A stretch of 63,648 nt of DNA, counting the filler, from Octopus bimaculoides (lineage: Eukaryota): NCBI RefSeq assembly GCF_001194135.2. It is 8 parts of 8 records of this genome, joined end to end, with 100 filler letters (N's around TTAATTAATTAA, not from the genome) between each part and the next. Parts side by side here need not be neighbours in the genome. Positions count along the whole stretch, not along the records: positions 23,567 to 34,183 come from NC_068981.1; positions 34,284 to 44,934 come from NC_068998.1; 6 more parts are not named here. One strand, 5' to 3'. The notes under the pieces were generated by a model. It worked only from the letters and a program-made list of their open reading frames with translations. It searched no databases and was not told the DNA's origin. Position numbers and translations under genes: made by a program. Shown here in pieces: positions 23,712 through 35,989 of the stretch. Numbering within the stretch: position 1 is the first letter of the stretch; each line of letters opens with the position of its first letter.

Positions 23712-23757
<46 letters not shown>
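23567..23757 (-). mobile_element. 5'-truncated R4/Dong-like (RLE) LINE reverse-transcriptase fragment abutting an (ATT)n tract
   Basis: FQGDTLSPLLFCLALTPLTELLNRTGCGYKCYGKTVSHLLYM (RT motifs 4-5, stopping before DD at a gap). (ATT)n at 23696-23757. Confidence 0.75.
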
Positions 23758-23760
<3 letters not shown>

Positions 23761-24043
23761 GATTACTGTGGTAATACAAACTAACTTTTTCAAAACCATG
23801 ATTATTTTTAATCTCTGCTCAATCTATTCTTTTATTCTTTTACTTGTTTCAGTCATTTGACTGTGGCCATGCTGGAGCACCACCTTAAAGGGATTTTTAG
23901 TCAAAGAACTCAACTCCAGGACTTATTTTTTATAAGCCTTGCACCCATTCTATCAATCCATCCTGCCAAACTGCAAAGTTATAGGGATGTCAACACACCA
24001 ATATCAGTTGTCATGCAATAGTGGTGGTGGGGGACCAACACAG

Positions 24044-24076
<33 letters not shown>

Positions 24077-24377
24077 GCTAGAAATAAGAGCCAAAAAGCT
24101 CTCACAGCCACAGTAAGCACATTTTATATATACTGACAGGAGAGACAATCACCCCACAGCAAGCATGATCACTCTACTATAGTTTCGTTTGAAAATTACA
24201 AATGCAGTAGTGGCTACTCTGTCGCCGGACGGCTAAGTGAAATCCCAACTGTCAGTATATATATTTACCATATGAATTTATGGGTGGTTTAGCAAAATGC
24301 TAATGTGAAAATTATAAAATAATACAAATGGCTATATGCAATACAAAACCAAACAGATGAAAATTAACTGCCACCGG

Positions 24378-24416
24378 CTGCGACCGAGGGCGCAGGTCAG
24401 CACCTACATTGCTAGT
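24378..24416 (+). mobile_element. Possible Helitron-type 3' terminus
   Basis: Hairpin CTGCG-8nt-CGCAG, then 16 nt, then CTAG|T. The 5' end was not identified. Confidence 0.3.
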
Positions 24417-24784
24417 ATATATAAAATGTGCTTACTGCACATATTAGACACAATGAAAATTTTTTTGTAGTTTTTTTTTTTTGAGGGGAAAAACTGCGTC
24501 CAGTAGCCCTCTCCAGTATTTTGTTGAGTGTTGTGTTTTTCACAACATGTTATTATGCCTTTCAGTCATCCACACTGAAAAAAAGGAAACCCTCATTGCT
24601 TGCTGGAATTTCATTGGATGGCATGGGGATGCTTTTGGTGGAGTAGCCATGGTCAAATCATTCCATATTTATGAGAGACCCGTGGTTTCCATAAATATGT
24701 AGAAGTATAGCCTACGGGTCAGCTATTTAACAAAAATCATGTGGTCTCTGTGAAAAACTCTGGCGAGGGAACAAAAAGGATCAT

Positions 24785-25087
24785 TTGTAGAAAACATTAA
24801 TCTGGAGAAGAAGCACACTCTAAGATGTAGAGCAGTATATGTTAAGAGTGGGGAAGGCCGGTTTATGGGATTAACCTAGGTTTTCCGTACATAAAGGGTT
24901 AAGCTTTTTGGCGTATCATCAAACCTGTTGGCCTAAGACCTGTTCAAAATATGGAGAGGTCTCCCTCCATATTTTGAAGAGGTCTTAGACTAACAGGTTT
25001 TGGGGGTCTGACAATACACCATAAAGCTAAACCCTTTATGGACGTGAAACCTCGGGTAATCCATAAACCAGCCTTCCCTACTCTTAA
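24785..25087. mobile_element. Foldback (palindromic) non-autonomous DNA element; a left-end fragment also lies at 29133-29222
   Basis: 24841-24956 is an imperfect inverted copy of 24965-25087, centred on atggag-aggtctcc-ctccat. Confidence 0.75.
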
Positions 25088-25098
25088 CACACACACAA

Positions 25099-25156
<58 letters not shown>

Positions 25157-27584
25157 TGAAGAAAGTGAAAAGTGAGAAAATAAAAAACTTCTGACAATGT
25201 GGAAAGTTTTATAAAACCTTTATATTTCAGGCCCAAAGCTCCTCTTCAGAAGGAAAATAATCTGGGAAATGTCCAGTTATGTAGGTTCCATTAACCCATT
25301 CAAATTCCCTAGCATTATGTAGCAGCAGCAGTCCAAACATAGGTGTAATCAATGCTCCATGTGTTGGTGTAAGCAAACTTCCAACTGTTGCTATAAGCTA
25401 CTCACCATCTGTAGGTTGATATGATGCTCTTACACACACACACACACGCACGTGCGCACACACACACATATATATGTGTGAAGAGAATTGTTTCCTTGAT
25501 TCTTTACCAGGAATTGACACCTTAGTCTAGATTTTGCTGTAAACTCCTTCCCATCGTTCTCAGCATTTTCACTAAGAAATTTAACAGTCCTACTTATGTA
25601 AATCTTATTGTTTTCATGGAAATCCTTAGGTTGAATTCAGTTCAGTCCAGATAACAGAAAAAAGTGTCCTTTGTTTAGCCTGACCTAATTTAGCTAAGAA
25701 AATGTTATAAATACAGAATCCAAACACAATTCTTTGTCTTTCACCTGGTACCTTGCTAAAGGAGCATATCCCTCTTTCATTTAGTATTTGCTGAAGGAAC
25801 ATCTCTCTAAAACTTCACTTTATAAAATGTCAATGAGAAATCATACAACTTTTACTCTCTCTACTTGCCAGCCCAGAGAGGTAAATTCTCTTACTCTTTC
25901 TCTCTTTTTTCTTTAATCTCTCAGCAGTCACCTACAGATGAACACAATTACTTACAAAATGGACAACAGCACTTCTACTAATCATTATACAACAACAACT
26001 TGAAGGAGTTGTTTTTATATTGTAACAGTAAAATAAAGGTCATTTCAACTATTATTTTCTTCTGTCATTTATTTCATGGACTTTGAAAATAACCAACACA
26101 CCCTCTACAATCTTGGTGACCTGGCATCTGTCATACATCCTATCAACTGTTACTTTGATATACATTGGACTATAATTGACCCTATATTCTTTATATGTCA
26201 TTACAAAATTAGAAGAAGAATAACCCTTTAAAAACCAACCTGCCTGAAAGCTCCACCACTAAAGTGCTCTTATTTAAGTGGAAATATCTTGGGTGATATC
26301 TGATTGCATGATTAATATCTCATATTAATATTTCAGTTGGTCAACATCACACAATATATTGATATATTGGTTTCAAATTTTGGCACAATGCCAACAATTT
26401 CAGGGAAATTGTAAGATCAACCTCAGCTGGACTTAAATTGGAAGCATAAAAGGACATAACTGATTGCTGCTAGGCAAGTTGTCCAACACTGTACTCTTTC
26501 TGTAATTCTTGCTCTTGTCATTCATATATAATATAATCTGCAAAATAAGCACTTTTACAACTGATAAACCAAATTCATTTGAATAAACCAGCTTCAGTTA
26601 CTTCTCTTTCTTACTAAACTCACTATAACTATAACTGGTTCCTGTTTTCGATATCCTTGATAAGCAAAAATAAAAAAACCACCCTCCTCCTCAATGCTTA
26701 CCTCCCCTTTCTAATTGAGATTTCTCTGCTTCCTCCTTTGCATGAATTATTTATATAATGTGAAGTTCATTTAAACTTCTCTATTTCTTCATGCCAAAAG
26801 TCTAAAAGAAAACAAGTATTTATACACACATTTATACACACATATACATCACACAGTTAATGTTAATGTTCTCATGATGTATTATCTTTGCTAGCAAGTT
26901 ATTGTTTATCCCCAAGTCAGCTCCAAGAGTGAAGTAACCTATGACCCAAAGTGTTCTAGCTATAACCATTCCATCTCTTTTTCTTTTTGTCATTTTCTAA
27001 GACATCTAATAATACATATCCAGTGCAGTGATAGATGTTTTCTTCAATATGATCGGGCGTAATTTAAGGGAAATTTGATTGCTATTTCAAGCAGGTTGAG
27101 TAACTACTTAGAGGTTCCATTGTTTAATTGTAAAATTCCCTGACTTTATTCTATTTATTTCTAAACACTAAAGAGTATTACAGAATAAGAATAAAATTAT
27201 TATCAAACCAAATCATTGACCCAGTTTTTATTCCTTGGCTGAAAATATTTCCATTTCATGTATGTTATTATTGACCCTGGAGAAGACAAGATCATTATAG
27301 CTTCTCATTGCTCTTTCTTACAAATATCAAAATACATGCATATTAAATATTATAATGAATATAGGTGCAAACATTGCTGTATGGTTCAACCAAATAGTTT
27401 TGCATTTGGCAAGTATCTTCTATTATAGCTCCAGGCATGGCTCTGTGGTAAGAAGCTTGCTTCCCAACCGCATGATTCTGGGTTCAGTCCCACTGCATGG
27501 CACCTTAGGCAAGTGTCTTCTACTATTGCCCCAGGCTGACCAAAGCCTTGTGAGTGGATTTGGTAGAGGGTAACTGAAAGAAGC

Positions 27585-27612
<28 letters not shown>

Positions 27613-27624
<12 letters not shown>

Positions 27625-28251
27625 ATAAGGGCATTAACTATATAGTAATGCCTCACGCTTAGAGGGACTAAATAAGTCAAAAACTACCAAAAAATAAGCA
27701 ACATATTTACCGAAAGCAAGGAAATGCAGCTTTCAAAATTTATCTCCNNNNNNNNNNNNNNNNNNNNNNNNNNNNNNNNNNNNNNNNNNNNNNNNNNNNN
27801 NNNNNNNNNNNNNNNNNNNNNNNNNNNNNNNNNNNNNNNNNNNNNNNNNNNNNNNNNNNNNNNNNNNNNNNNNNNNNNNNNNNNNNNNNNNNNNNNNNNN
27901 NNNNNNNNNNNNNNNNNNNNNNNNNNNNNNNNNNNNNNNNNNNNNNNNNNNNNNNNNNNNNNNNNNNNNNNNNNNNNNNNNNNNNNNNNNNNNNNNNNNN
28001 NNNNNNNNNNNNNNNNNNNNNNNNNNNNNNNNNNNNNNNNNNNNNNNNNNNNNNNNNNNNNNNNNNNNNNNNNNNNNNNNNNNNNNNNNNNNNNNNNNNN
28101 NNNNNNNNNNNNNNNNNNNNNNNNNNNNNNNNNNNNNNNNNNNNNNNNNNNNNNNNNNNNNNNNNNNNNAAAAAACCTCATAATGAAAAAAACTCATCGT
28201 TTTTTTCCCGAGGCATTACTATATAGTTAATGCCCTTATATAAATTATATA
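27613..28251. mobile_element. TIR element in a TA microsatellite (interior mostly N)
   Basis: Perfect 42-bp TIR tatataatttatataagggcattaactatatagtaatgcctc at 27613-27654 and 28210-28251. Confidence 0.7.
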
Positions 28252-29403
28252 TATTTATGGGAAAAACGATGAGTTTTTTTCATTATGAGGTTTTTTCACG
28301 CTGACTACTTGATAAATTCTTATAAAGATTTTATCCTATATTATAAATAATTAGAATGCCATCCCACTGCCTAGGTAATCAGGCAGTGTTCTCCCTGATC
28401 AGAAGGCTATTCTATCACAGGGTTATCTATTTACAACTAAGTGAACTGGAACACCATGAAATTAATGCATGCTCAGGTTGGGAATCAAACCCATGATCTA
28501 GTAATCGTGTGTGCAATACCTTAATCACTATGCCATGTGCCTTCACACACACACACACACACACACATACACATTCAAATTATGTAATGGAAGCAGCTCT
28601 ATAGTAATGTCTTAATGTGTATCTACTTAAAACACCAGAGGTTGCAGTTTTCATATGAGAAAATCCCCTGTGCAGATGTGCAGTGTTAAAAAACAAAAAA
28701 CACAATATATTTCAGAGCTAGGTGATACTATCCGTATATAATTCAGATGAGCTAATTTTATTTTGTTTCAGAAGTGACAATGTGTATATGACATTGATAT
28801 GCTGCAACGATAGTGAAATACATATCTATCACTTTTGTGGTCACTTCTTGAATGATTTTGTTTCACCTAGCTCTGAAGTATATTTTGCTTTCTTTTAACA
28901 TATGTCTAAACGAGGGATTCTTCCCGAATGAAAACCACAGCTTTTCACACTTCAATGAAGAGCATACATTAAAGTATGTTGTGTTGATAGAGTTAATAAA
29001 TATATGTGTGTGTATACATACATACATACATACATACATACATACATACATACAAATATACATACATACATACATACATACATACATACATACATACATA
29101 CATACATACATTATACATGTATGTATATATCGTTTGTAGAAAACATAAATCCGAAAAAAGAAGCACACTCTAAGATGTAGAGCAGTATATATTAAAAATG
29201 GGGTAGGCTGGTTTATGGGATAATGATGATGGTGATGATGATGATAAAGATGATAGTGTTGATGATGATGATGATGATGATGATGATAATAATGGTAAAA
29301 ATGTTGACAGTGATGATGATGACAACAATGACGATGATATCAATAACATGCTCATAATATAGTTGAATGACTCATTGTATTATATTCTAGGAAATAACAT
29401 ATG

Positions 29404-29603
29404 TTAACTCTTTTGTTACCATATTTCTATTGAAACATACTGTCATCGTTTCAATAAATTTTGAAAATAAAGAATTTAGTAAATTAACTTTTTGGAACAT
29501 AAACTGACATAAAACCTTCATTGATGGAAGGTTTTAATTTAAATCAATTCAAAATAGGAAACTTGTATCAAAGAACCAGGTGGCTTACTATCAAAAGAGT
29601 TAA
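29404..29603. mobile_element. piggyBac-type MITE, second family
   Basis: TTAA-ctcttttg ... caaaagag-TTAA termini. Confidence 0.6.
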
Positions 29604-30517
29604 ATCAGAGGATTTTCTAATTGAAATATGGAGAAAGCTTTGCAAATGACAGGTATGAAATATGTGAACTAACTGATGCAAGAAAATATTATTTGTAAAC
29701 ACTAAGATAGAATTTCTAATGAATACCTTCAATAATAAGATTTGACCTTTAAATATGTTATATTGTTATCATCTACATAACTATTGGCTTAAGATGTGAC
29801 ATTTGTGTATCAGTCCTTTTATAGTATTGAAACATAAAACACAAAATTATTTCACTGAAATGTTTACAGTTAAGCCTATTTTTAGGTTTTGCATTGCACA
29901 ATCTACACTTAATGTCATTAGATTGTTGAAATATTGGCCAAAATGTCGATGGTTTGTATATCCATCATTAACATTTTAACTATCATTAGCTCAAGTCACT
30001 TGTCTGTAAATGGTTACCACAAATAGGTGTGAATCACCTCTGTAAAAAGTAGAAGTGCAGTATTATTAATGCAATAATTAAAATGTTGATTTTTCTTTCT
30101 TTTCTTTTTTTTCACTTAAGCATCAATATCTGAGTTTTATGGAAGAGATTATGGGGAGTTATATAGAAATGTATGGTACAGGAAATAAAGCAGTTCCAAA
30201 ATACTGAAGTGAGAAAAAGAAAATTATAGAAGACAATTAGAAGATTTCCTCTTATCCATTATAATGTCTAAGAAAAGTCAAACATACTCTAAGGTTATGG
30301 ATAAGACTCAAGATTTTACCTGTGAGAGAACTATCAATGAATCTTCATGTGCAAGCATGACTGTGTGGTAAGTGGCCTGCTTTCCAACCACATGGTTCCA
30401 GGTTTAGTTCCACTACATGACACCTTGGGCAAGTATCTTTTACTATATAACCTTGGACTGACCAAAGCCTTGTGAGTGGATTTAGTTGATGGAAACTGGA
30501 AGAAGTTCGTCATATAC

Positions 30518-30549
<32 letters not shown>

Positions 30550-31739
30550 GTGTGTGTGTGTGCATTTGTACCTCAACCACCACCGGTGTTGGTGGGTTTA
30601 CATCCCCATAACTTAGCAGTTCAGCAAAAGTGATCAATAGAATAAGTACCAGGCTTAAAAAATAATAAGTTCTGAGGAGTCAATACAATTGACTAAAATT
30701 TTTTCAAGGTGGTGCTCCAGCATGGCCGCAGTCTAATGACTGAAACAAGTGAAAGCTAAAAGGCAAAAGGTACTTACTCATTTTGCAAGAAATAGCAATT
30801 AAATCTCCCTTAATCACAGTCCACCACTTTTGTTTAATAAAAGGAAACCAGGAAGATATATTGGTTATTGTAGTAATGGGTCAAACTGCAGAAAAGAGAT
30901 GTAGTAATTACAGATTCAATGCTTTGATCATATTAAGAGTGTGACCTTTGGTTCTACAGCAATGACAACGATGACAACAATGATGGCAACAGCAACAACA
31001 ACAACATAACAATCAGTTGAGTAAGAAGGTTTTCTGGGTTAACATCAACAGCCCCTTCATGAATGTCATGAGTTTTGATGGATTTATATGTATAGAAGTT
31101 TACTGAAACTTGACAACTTTACTATATAATTTTTGCCAACACTGACCACCTTTAGTTTCTTTGGATTCTGTTAGTAACTGGAAGGGTATCCAATATTTTA
31201 ATATATTCACCTAACCCATACTAGCATGGAAAAATGGGTGCGTAGATAGCACGTACCAAGTCTCACACTTACAGGTACATATGCATATGTAAAAGGTTGA
31301 TAGTAACAATAGAGACATTAGTCTCTCTCTATCACCTTTCAACAAAATTATATATGAAGAAACAGTAGAACAATTAACAACATAATAAAAATAAGTTTTA
31401 TTTTGGTGATGCTTGGTTTTACAAATCCTGTGTCATTCAGCTTAGCAGCTGCTGGTTAACGTGTAATCGGCATCTGGATATTAAGAGCTTCATTGAGGCA
31501 TCTGAGAAGAGCAAGTTGTTGTTACATTGAAGGCATTGCGCTAAAAGAGGTTAGAAAGCACGCAAAGTGCTTTAAGTACTGGTGTTACTATGCATGTGCA
31601 CTCGAGGGGCTTCCAGGAAGGCAAGTCTCTTGCGCATACGTAGATTGTACTTCCTTAATGGCGGCCATAATTTTGGGCCACTACACATACTTGCATACAC
31701 ACAAACACACACATATACATAAAAATATATTGACTATAT

Positions 31740-32150
31740 TGAGACCGATGGGTCAAACAAATATTGATGGAACTTAGAAATTAAAACAGCCACCACATTA
31801 AAGTACAACCAACCAGATATTGTTGTGTGGCACCACAAGGAAAAGATATCCTCTGTTGTGGAAACCAGCTGCCCTCTGGACAACAATGTGGTTAGAAAAA
31901 TACACAAGAAAGAGGACATCTATGGACCATTGATTAGGAGTTTGCAAATCTAGTACTTAAGATATACATTCAGCTTCATACCTATTATTATTGAAACAAT
32001 AGGATACATACCAACCTTTCTGGAGAAAAGTATCGTTGAAATCAGGTTCTTTAGGAGAAAATGTAAATGTTTAACTCATGCATTATAAATGATTATGGTA
32101 GGAAAGACTGTAAAAACCTGCAAGACCTTTATAAGATTTATAGGATCATG
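31740..32150 (+). mobile_element. 3' end of an R4/Dong/NeSL-like LINE (restriction-like endonuclease domain), degenerate
   Basis: WNLEIKTATTLKYNQPDIVVWHHKEKISSVVETSCPLD...KKEDIYGPLIRSLQI*Y...FIPIIIETIGYIP...KTCKTF, the PD-(D/E)xK RLE pattern. Confidence 0.75.
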
Positions 32151-32239
32151 AATGAAACAAGACGCTTTCTTTTAAAGCCTTGCTACCAAGCAGGTGGCAA
32201 GTCAGAATTTATTCTAAATTAAAAAGAGAAAGGGAACAT

Positions 32240-32720
32240 TCAGTCATACATACATACATACATGCATACACACATACATACACATGCATACATACTACTT
32301 GCATACATGCATACACACATACATACACACATACATATACATGCATACATACATACTTGCATACATACATTCATACATACATATATGATACTTGCATACA
32401 TGCATACACACATACACACATACATGCATACATACATACAAACTTGCATACGTACATACATTCATACATACATACATGCATCCACACATACATACATGCA
32501 TGCATGCATGCATACACACATACATGCATACACACATACATGCATGCACACATACATACACATGTACTTACATACATACATACTTGCATACACACACACA
32601 CATACATACATACATTCATACATACATACTTGCATACATACATAAACACATACATACATACATAAACACATACATACATACATACATACAAACATACATA
32701 CATACATACATACATACACA
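32240..32720. repeat. Degenerate (TACA)n/(CA)n/(TGCA) compound microsatellite
   Basis: Directly visible. Confidence 0.95.
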
Positions 32721-32849
32721 AGGGACTAAAATCCAAGCTATCTCTTGATGAAGAACACCTGCACATTTCAGTAATCAAGTGCATATACAGAGTAGTCAGG
32801 CTAAATTTGACAGTTTGCATAAAAGGGAAAGAAAACACCCATTAAAAAA

Positions 32850-33540
32850 AAGGTATCTAAAAATTTATTTTAATATTAACTAAATTATGGCTGGGATATT
32901 TAAAGTAGCTGCCCTCAGACTCCACCATAGCCTCAAGACAGCTCTGGAACCTAGCACATTTGTTCCTCGTTGTGTCAATGGGAAGATTTTCAAACACCTC
33001 CTTGCTCTTGGTCACCAGCTCAGCCTTGGTATTGCAAACAGAGCAGTTGGTGTCTTTTTCAACCATATTCCACACATAGTAATCCATGGAGTTATAATTG
33101 TAGAAATTAGGAAAATAGAAACAGGGACAGGTGAGGTCATTGAAATTCTTCAAAAACTACTTCTAACTCTTTCTGGAGGTTTGGCAAGGAGCCAAATCCT
33201 GCTGCCATACATATGGACATATGGCCTTCTGGTAGCAACACACTCCAGCCAGGGTTTGACCACAGTTTCTAGCTGCTTCATATAGACGTCTGACTTGAGC
33301 CTAAGACCTTGTTCAAAGATGTGGGGTGATATGACATCACCCTCACCTGAGACACACCTAGAGTATCACAGCTCAGGAAAACTTGGCTTTCATGATACAT
33401 GAGACATGTCTTACAACCTTTACAAAGTTCACAGAACACTGAGCAGCAGTCATGATGTTGGCATTTGATATCTGGTGCAAATCATCATGATATTGGTAAC
33501 TCTTTCCCAATATTCTGATGAGTTCCAGTCCTTGATGTCA
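32850..33540 (-). mobile_element. Tc1/mariner maT(DD37D)-like transposase relic
   Basis: NSMDYYVWNMVEKDTNCSVCNTKAELVTKSKEVFENLPIDTTRNKCARFQSCLEAMVESEGSYF, with an upstream MKAKFP-type segment. Disrupted. Confidence 0.75.
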
Positions 33541-33541
33541 G

Positions 33542-33769
33542 TTAACCCTTTAGTGTTCAGATTACTCTGTTAAATGTAATACTTTTTCACTCAAATTGTT
33601 TTGAATTAATCATGCATTATCTTATAGCTTTGAGGTTTCAATGATGTGATTGTTTATTTTCAGAATATCAATGTAGGTTAGGTGTGAGAGGCTAGATATC
33701 GCCAGTTTGAATATAAAACATGTAGAATATTTGGGCCAGATATGGCTGGTTTAAACACTAAAGGGTTAA
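33542..33769. mobile_element. Intact piggyBac-type MITE
   Basis: TTAA-CCCTTTAGTGTT ... AACACTAAAGGG-TTAA (12-bp TIR, TTAA TSD). Partial copy at about 49340-49502. Confidence 0.8.
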
Positions 33770-34101
33770 GTTTTTCTCAACTTCAACTTCAATTTTTATG
33801 CTTTCAAACGTTGTTGATTGTTTGCCAATACATCAAGTTGTTCTTGAAAAAAAGGAGACATAAAATCCCCATATTTAGCCCGAACACCCTGTATCTAGAT
33901 ACCTTATTCCAAATGAAAAAGTCATACTTACTATTAGTGGAAATTCCTGGTGAGTCATAATAATTGCAGTGAAAGTACATATTAAAACAAAAACTAGAAA
34001 ATTTGGTAAGTTGTCACCGATCACATTGTCATCATCATCATCGTTGTCATTGTCATCATCACTGCCACTGTCACGACCACCAGCACCATCACCACCACTA
34101 C

Positions 34102-34183
<82 letters not shown>

Positions 34184-34282
34184 NNNNNNNNNNNNNNNNN
34201 NNNNNNNNNNNNNNNNNNNNNNNNNNNTTAATTAATTAANNNNNNNNNNNNNNNNNNNNNNNNNNNNNNNNNNNNNNNNNNN

Positions 34283-34610
34283 NCCCCTACCTCTACCCGG
34301 AATTCATTGCTGTACTCATTTCCAACCCTCACCTTACTGGCAGCATCTCTGTACATGGCTCGCACAGCTCTCACTAACCATTCTTCTATCCTAAGTTTCC
34401 TCATTGACCACCAGATAAGGGATCGGGGGACCCTGTCAAAGGCTTTCTCCATGTCAACGAAAGCCAGGTACAGAGGTTTATCCTTAGCTAGGTATTTCTC
34501 CTGCAACTGTCTCACTAGAAATAAGGCATCAGTAGTGCTTTTACCTGGCACGAACCCAAACTGCATCTCATCTAAATTGATTCGCTCCCTAATTAGTTGG
34601 GCTATGCAAA
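34283..34610 (-). mobile_element. RTE-clade LINE reverse-transcriptase fragment
   Basis: IRERINLDEMQFGFVPGKSTTDALFLVRQLQEKYLAKDKPLYLAFVDMEKAFDRVPRSLIWWSMRKL...MYRDAASKVRVG. Confidence 0.9.
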
Positions 34611-35289
34611 GAATTGCAAAGAATTGTGTTGGGAGATGATAGTATTGAATAAATAATTTCAAGGTGGTACTCCAGTATGACTGCAGTCTAACACAATTTG
34701 AAAACTTAATTCTATTAGATCAGGAAATTTTGTTTTTGCACTATGTAATACTTATAAAAATAATTTACTCACTTGTTTTGCTGTTTTTTTTCACTTTATT
34801 ACATTTTTTACGAAGAAATACTATTTGTTTATAATTCAAACGGAAGTTGACATTTAAAACAGAAGCAAATCTTGTAATATTAAGCATTGTAATTTACATT
34901 TAATATACAAATAAACTTTATAGTTTAAAAATGTTTAATATTCATTTATAATTTCTTCAAAGTAATATGACTTTTTTAATAACATGGGGAAAAAAAAAAA
35001 CTGGACATAGTCCCGCACTTCTACAATCATTATAATATAGATGTTCAGTTCTTGAATTATTGGTAATGCTGCAAACAAGTGCATCACTTGTATCCAAGTT
35101 CAAGAGGAGCTTCAAACAAGAATGTGTTGTACAGCTCCTTGAAAGGAGTGAAGCAACAATACTTGAAGAAGCAACTGCAATAATGATAGCTTAATGTTGA
35201 TAGCCTTTAAGAAAAAAAAAAACAGACTGAATAGCAATGCCCTTATCAAAAACAGATTGCACTCTAGTCCACAGTAAGTTTCAGTACAT

Positions 35290-35725
35290 TGTCATGACAG
35301 TGGAACATGGGCTGTGACTGTTGAGGAAATGAAGCCAGTATGCTCTGATGGATGTGTAATGTCAGTGTGCATACTCGACAGAGTGTAAGTACCTCGAGAG
35401 AAAAGTTGGACCTAAGAAGCATCAGTTGTGGTGTGCAAGAGAGATGATTGTGCTGGTATGGTCATGTGGCGAGAATGGATGAGGATAGCTGTGTGAAAAA
35501 GTGCCACACCCTAGAGGTTGAGGGAACCTGTGGAAGAGGTAGACCCAGGAAGACCTGGGATGAGGTGGTGAAGCACGACCTTCGAACATTAGGCCTCACC
35601 GAGGCAATGACTAGTGACCGAGACCTTTGGAAATATGCTGTGCATGAGAAGACCCAGCAAGCCAAGTGAGACCATAATCCGTGGCCTCTGCCAGGGATGT
35701 AGCCAGCCCACTTATTCGTACCTTT
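35290..35725 (+). mobile_element. RTE LINE ORF2 C-terminus and start of the 3' UTR
   Basis: WYGHVARMDEDSCVKKCHTLEVEGTCGRGRPRKTWDEVVKHDLRTLGLTEAMTSDRDLW. Confidence 0.9.
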
Positions 35726-35989
35726 ACTTCATTGTCAGAGTCAAAGCTAGGCAGACACAGAAATGAAAGACACCATGGAGAAGGAAGATATAGAAACTAA
35801 AAGATCCTGCAATCAAGAACAGATTTAGAGAAATTATGAGATATATATGACTATTAGGGGGAAGATTTAAATACCTGTAGCATGATATGATTGATAGGGC
35901 TAAGAGGCTTGGAAAGCCTGGAAGGAAGGTAGTGGCAGGGAGTATCACCTAATGGCTAAAAGGGAGCTAGGTAATAGGTATATGTAGCT

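Noticed and set aside
28771-28885. + strand acceptor followed by an open frame SDNVYMTLICC...
   Set aside because: No convincing donor, no recognisable product, and it overlaps a small 9-bp inverted repeat.
31400-31680. CpG-richer segment with minus-strand ATGGCCGCC start
   Set aside because: The ORF is only 26 codons and has no recognisable identity. It could be a TE remnant.
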